From Acidimicrobiia bacterium (GTDB taxonomy: Bacteria > Actinomycetota > Acidimicrobiia > Spongiisociales > ZC4RG35), in NCBI GenBank assembly GCA_041742825.1, contig JBGTNX010000062.1, forward strand, positions 1 through 59,562: a stretch of DNA of 59,562 nt, written 5' to 3'. Position 1 is the first letter of the stretch. Each line of letters starts with the position of its first letter. The notes beneath the pieces were generated by a model that made no database searches, was not told the origin of the DNA, and saw nothing but the letters and a program-made list of their open reading frames with translations. Below, piece by piece: positions 58,107 to 59,562 of this stretch. The position numbers and the translations under genes were made by a program.

Positions 58107-59324
58107 TCACCGGTTTCCTGGAGAACCCGGGAGATCAGACGCCGGAGTCCGGTATTCCATGAGAAGCATCGTGGCGTCGTCGCGCAGGCCCGCGCCGGAA
58201 AAGCTGATGATGCTGTCTGCAAGGTTTCGAACGGTCTCTTCGACAGGCAGGTCCTCCAGCGATACTCGGACCAGCAAGTCGGCCAGTCGGTCGTTGCCAA
58301 AGAAGGATCCGTCCGTGGATCGAGCGTCGGTAATTCCGTCTGTGTAGAAAAGTACTCGGTCGCCTGGCTGGAGTTTCTGCTCGGCAATCTCCGCTACCGA
58401 GCCGCCGAGACCGAACGGCGTTGACGGCCTGCAGAGCAGCGGTCCGGCGTATGTGCCGTTGCGTACCAGCATCGGCAGGACGTGACCGGCGCTGATCCAC
58501 GTGAGGGTTCCACTCTGCAGGTCCAACGTTCCGATGAGGCCGGTGACGAAATAGGAATCTCCGAACTGCGTTGCGATGGCACGGTCGGCGTTTTCGAAAG
58601 CGGCGGCGATGCCGGTTCGAGCGCGGCGCGAGTTCCGCAGGCTGTTTATCGCAGCCGCTGACATAAGTACTGCTGACATACCGCGACCGATCGCATCAAC
58701 AATCGTGAAGTCCACACATGATGCATCGAACGCATAGTCGAACGAGTCCCCACCGATTTCGTATGCGGGCTCGAGGATGCCGCCGAGGGCTACATGTTCG
58801 GTCGAGCAAGCCAGCGGCGGTAGCAGGTGCCATTGCAGCTCTGAGGCGACCGACAGCGGTTGAGATCGGCGGGCACGATCGGCTGTATCTGTATAGCGAT
58901 CCTTAACGATCCACGCCATCACAAAGACCGCGACGATCGGGTCAAGAAGGCGGGGCGGGGTGCCGTTCCACACCGCGAAGTCAAGCTCTAAGACGCCGAT
59001 TGGGCTCGATCCTTCGGCCAGTGGAACCAGCACAACTGTCGGGTCCGTTCCCACGATCTGGATCTGACCGCTGGTGAACACTCGTCCGATATGGGTTCCG
59101 GCGACCGCTTGCGGGGCACCCACATGGCCCTGCCTGTCGATCTGCTGCAAATATCGGAGCGAGTAGTCGGCCACATAAAACCGCGCCGCGTTTGCCCTGA
59201 GGAGTTCACACATCAGATCGAGAAGCTCAAGCACTTCAGCCGGCGACTTCCGAGTTGACTCGTCCACCATCCGTGCGAGGTCAGCTTCGATCTGGTCCGT
59301 CGTCACAGGCTCCCTCTGGTCCAC
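58107..59324 (-). CDS. SpoIIE/PP2C-family phosphatase with degenerate GAF-like N-terminus
   Basis: ASELQWHLLPP, IGGDSFD, VDAIGRG, FYTDGITD, RDDATML. Confidence 0.88.
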   Translation of the reverse strand: MDQREPVTTDQIEADLARMVDESTRKSPAEVLELLDLMCELLRANAARFYVADYSLRYLQQIDRQGHVGAPQAVAGTHIGRVFTSGQIQIVGTDPTVVLVPLAEGSSPIGVLELDFAVWNGTPPRLLDPIVAVFVMAWIVKDRYTDTADRARRSQPLSVASELQWHLLPPLACSTEHVALGGILEPAYEIGGDSFDYAFDASCVDFTIVDAIGRGMSAVLMSAAAINSLRNSRRARTGIAAAFENADRAIATQFGDSYFVTGLIGTLDLQSGTLTWISAGHVLPMLVRNGTYAGPLLCRPSTPFGLGGSVAEIAEQKLQPGDRVLFYTDGITDARSTDGSFFGNDRLADLLVRVSLEDLPVEETVRNLADSIISFSGAGLRDDATMLLMEYRTPASDLPGSPGNR

Positions 59325-59408
59325 TCTTGATCGCCGAGGGTAACATTCGGGGCTCCATCCCCTTTTCTCTCAACTACGACTCATTCGACCTGGCCTCTTG
59401 AGATGGGG

Positions 59409-59481
59409 TGGGTCCCGAGGGAATCGAACCCTCAACCTTCGGGTTAAAAGCCCGCTGCTCTGCCAATTGAGCTAGGGACCC
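59409..59481 (-). tRNA. tRNA-Lys(TTT)
   Basis: GGGTCCC acceptor stem, anticodon loop CTTTTAA closed by CGGG/CCCG, GGTTCGATTCC. Confidence 0.95.
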
Positions 59482-59562
59482 AGTGATCTGCGGATCGCAG
59501 AACGCGCACAGGTTACCCAATGCCATAAGCTGTTCCACACTGTGATCCGATTCGGCGTTTCG

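Overview
High-GC (roughly 63-65% by eye) bacterial chromosome segment. Gene content (conservon, ECF41/SigJ, glnK-glnD, Thr-rich lipoproteins) points to an actinobacterium, most likely Acidimicrobiia; this taxonomy is inference. Left to right: a partner-switching module (PP2C/anti-sigma kinase fusion plus two STAS proteins); glnK-glnD with a GlnR-box-like promoter; a decayed islet at tRNA-Phe/tRNA-Asp; a truncated haemoglobin; a tightly coupled six-gene redox operon (ferredoxin, three small membrane-anchored unknowns, ApbE flavin transferase, ferric-reductase-like membrane protein); a TPP-riboswitch-controlled thiamine ABC transporter; fatty-acid enzymes; an N-formylglutamate amidohydrolase/DUF1704 peptidase/GshB-like ligase operon; a conservon with an extra coiled-coil gene; an RnfD/NqrB-like gene paired with an ASPIC/UnbV gene; a full xylose locus; an ECF41-CMD pair with its consensus promoter; and tRNA-Lys. 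The best candidate for an undescribed system is the ApbE redox operon and its apparent regulon. Its promoter and that of a nearby secreted SGNH-like gene share four 11-bp-phased TTGA-type repeats, an identical 15-mer and near-identical spacing to the -10 and start codon. A third, weaker copy precedes a secreted protein with EF-hand-like repeats. I saw no CRISPR array, rRNA or intact mobile element. All family calls come from motif recognition, not database searches.
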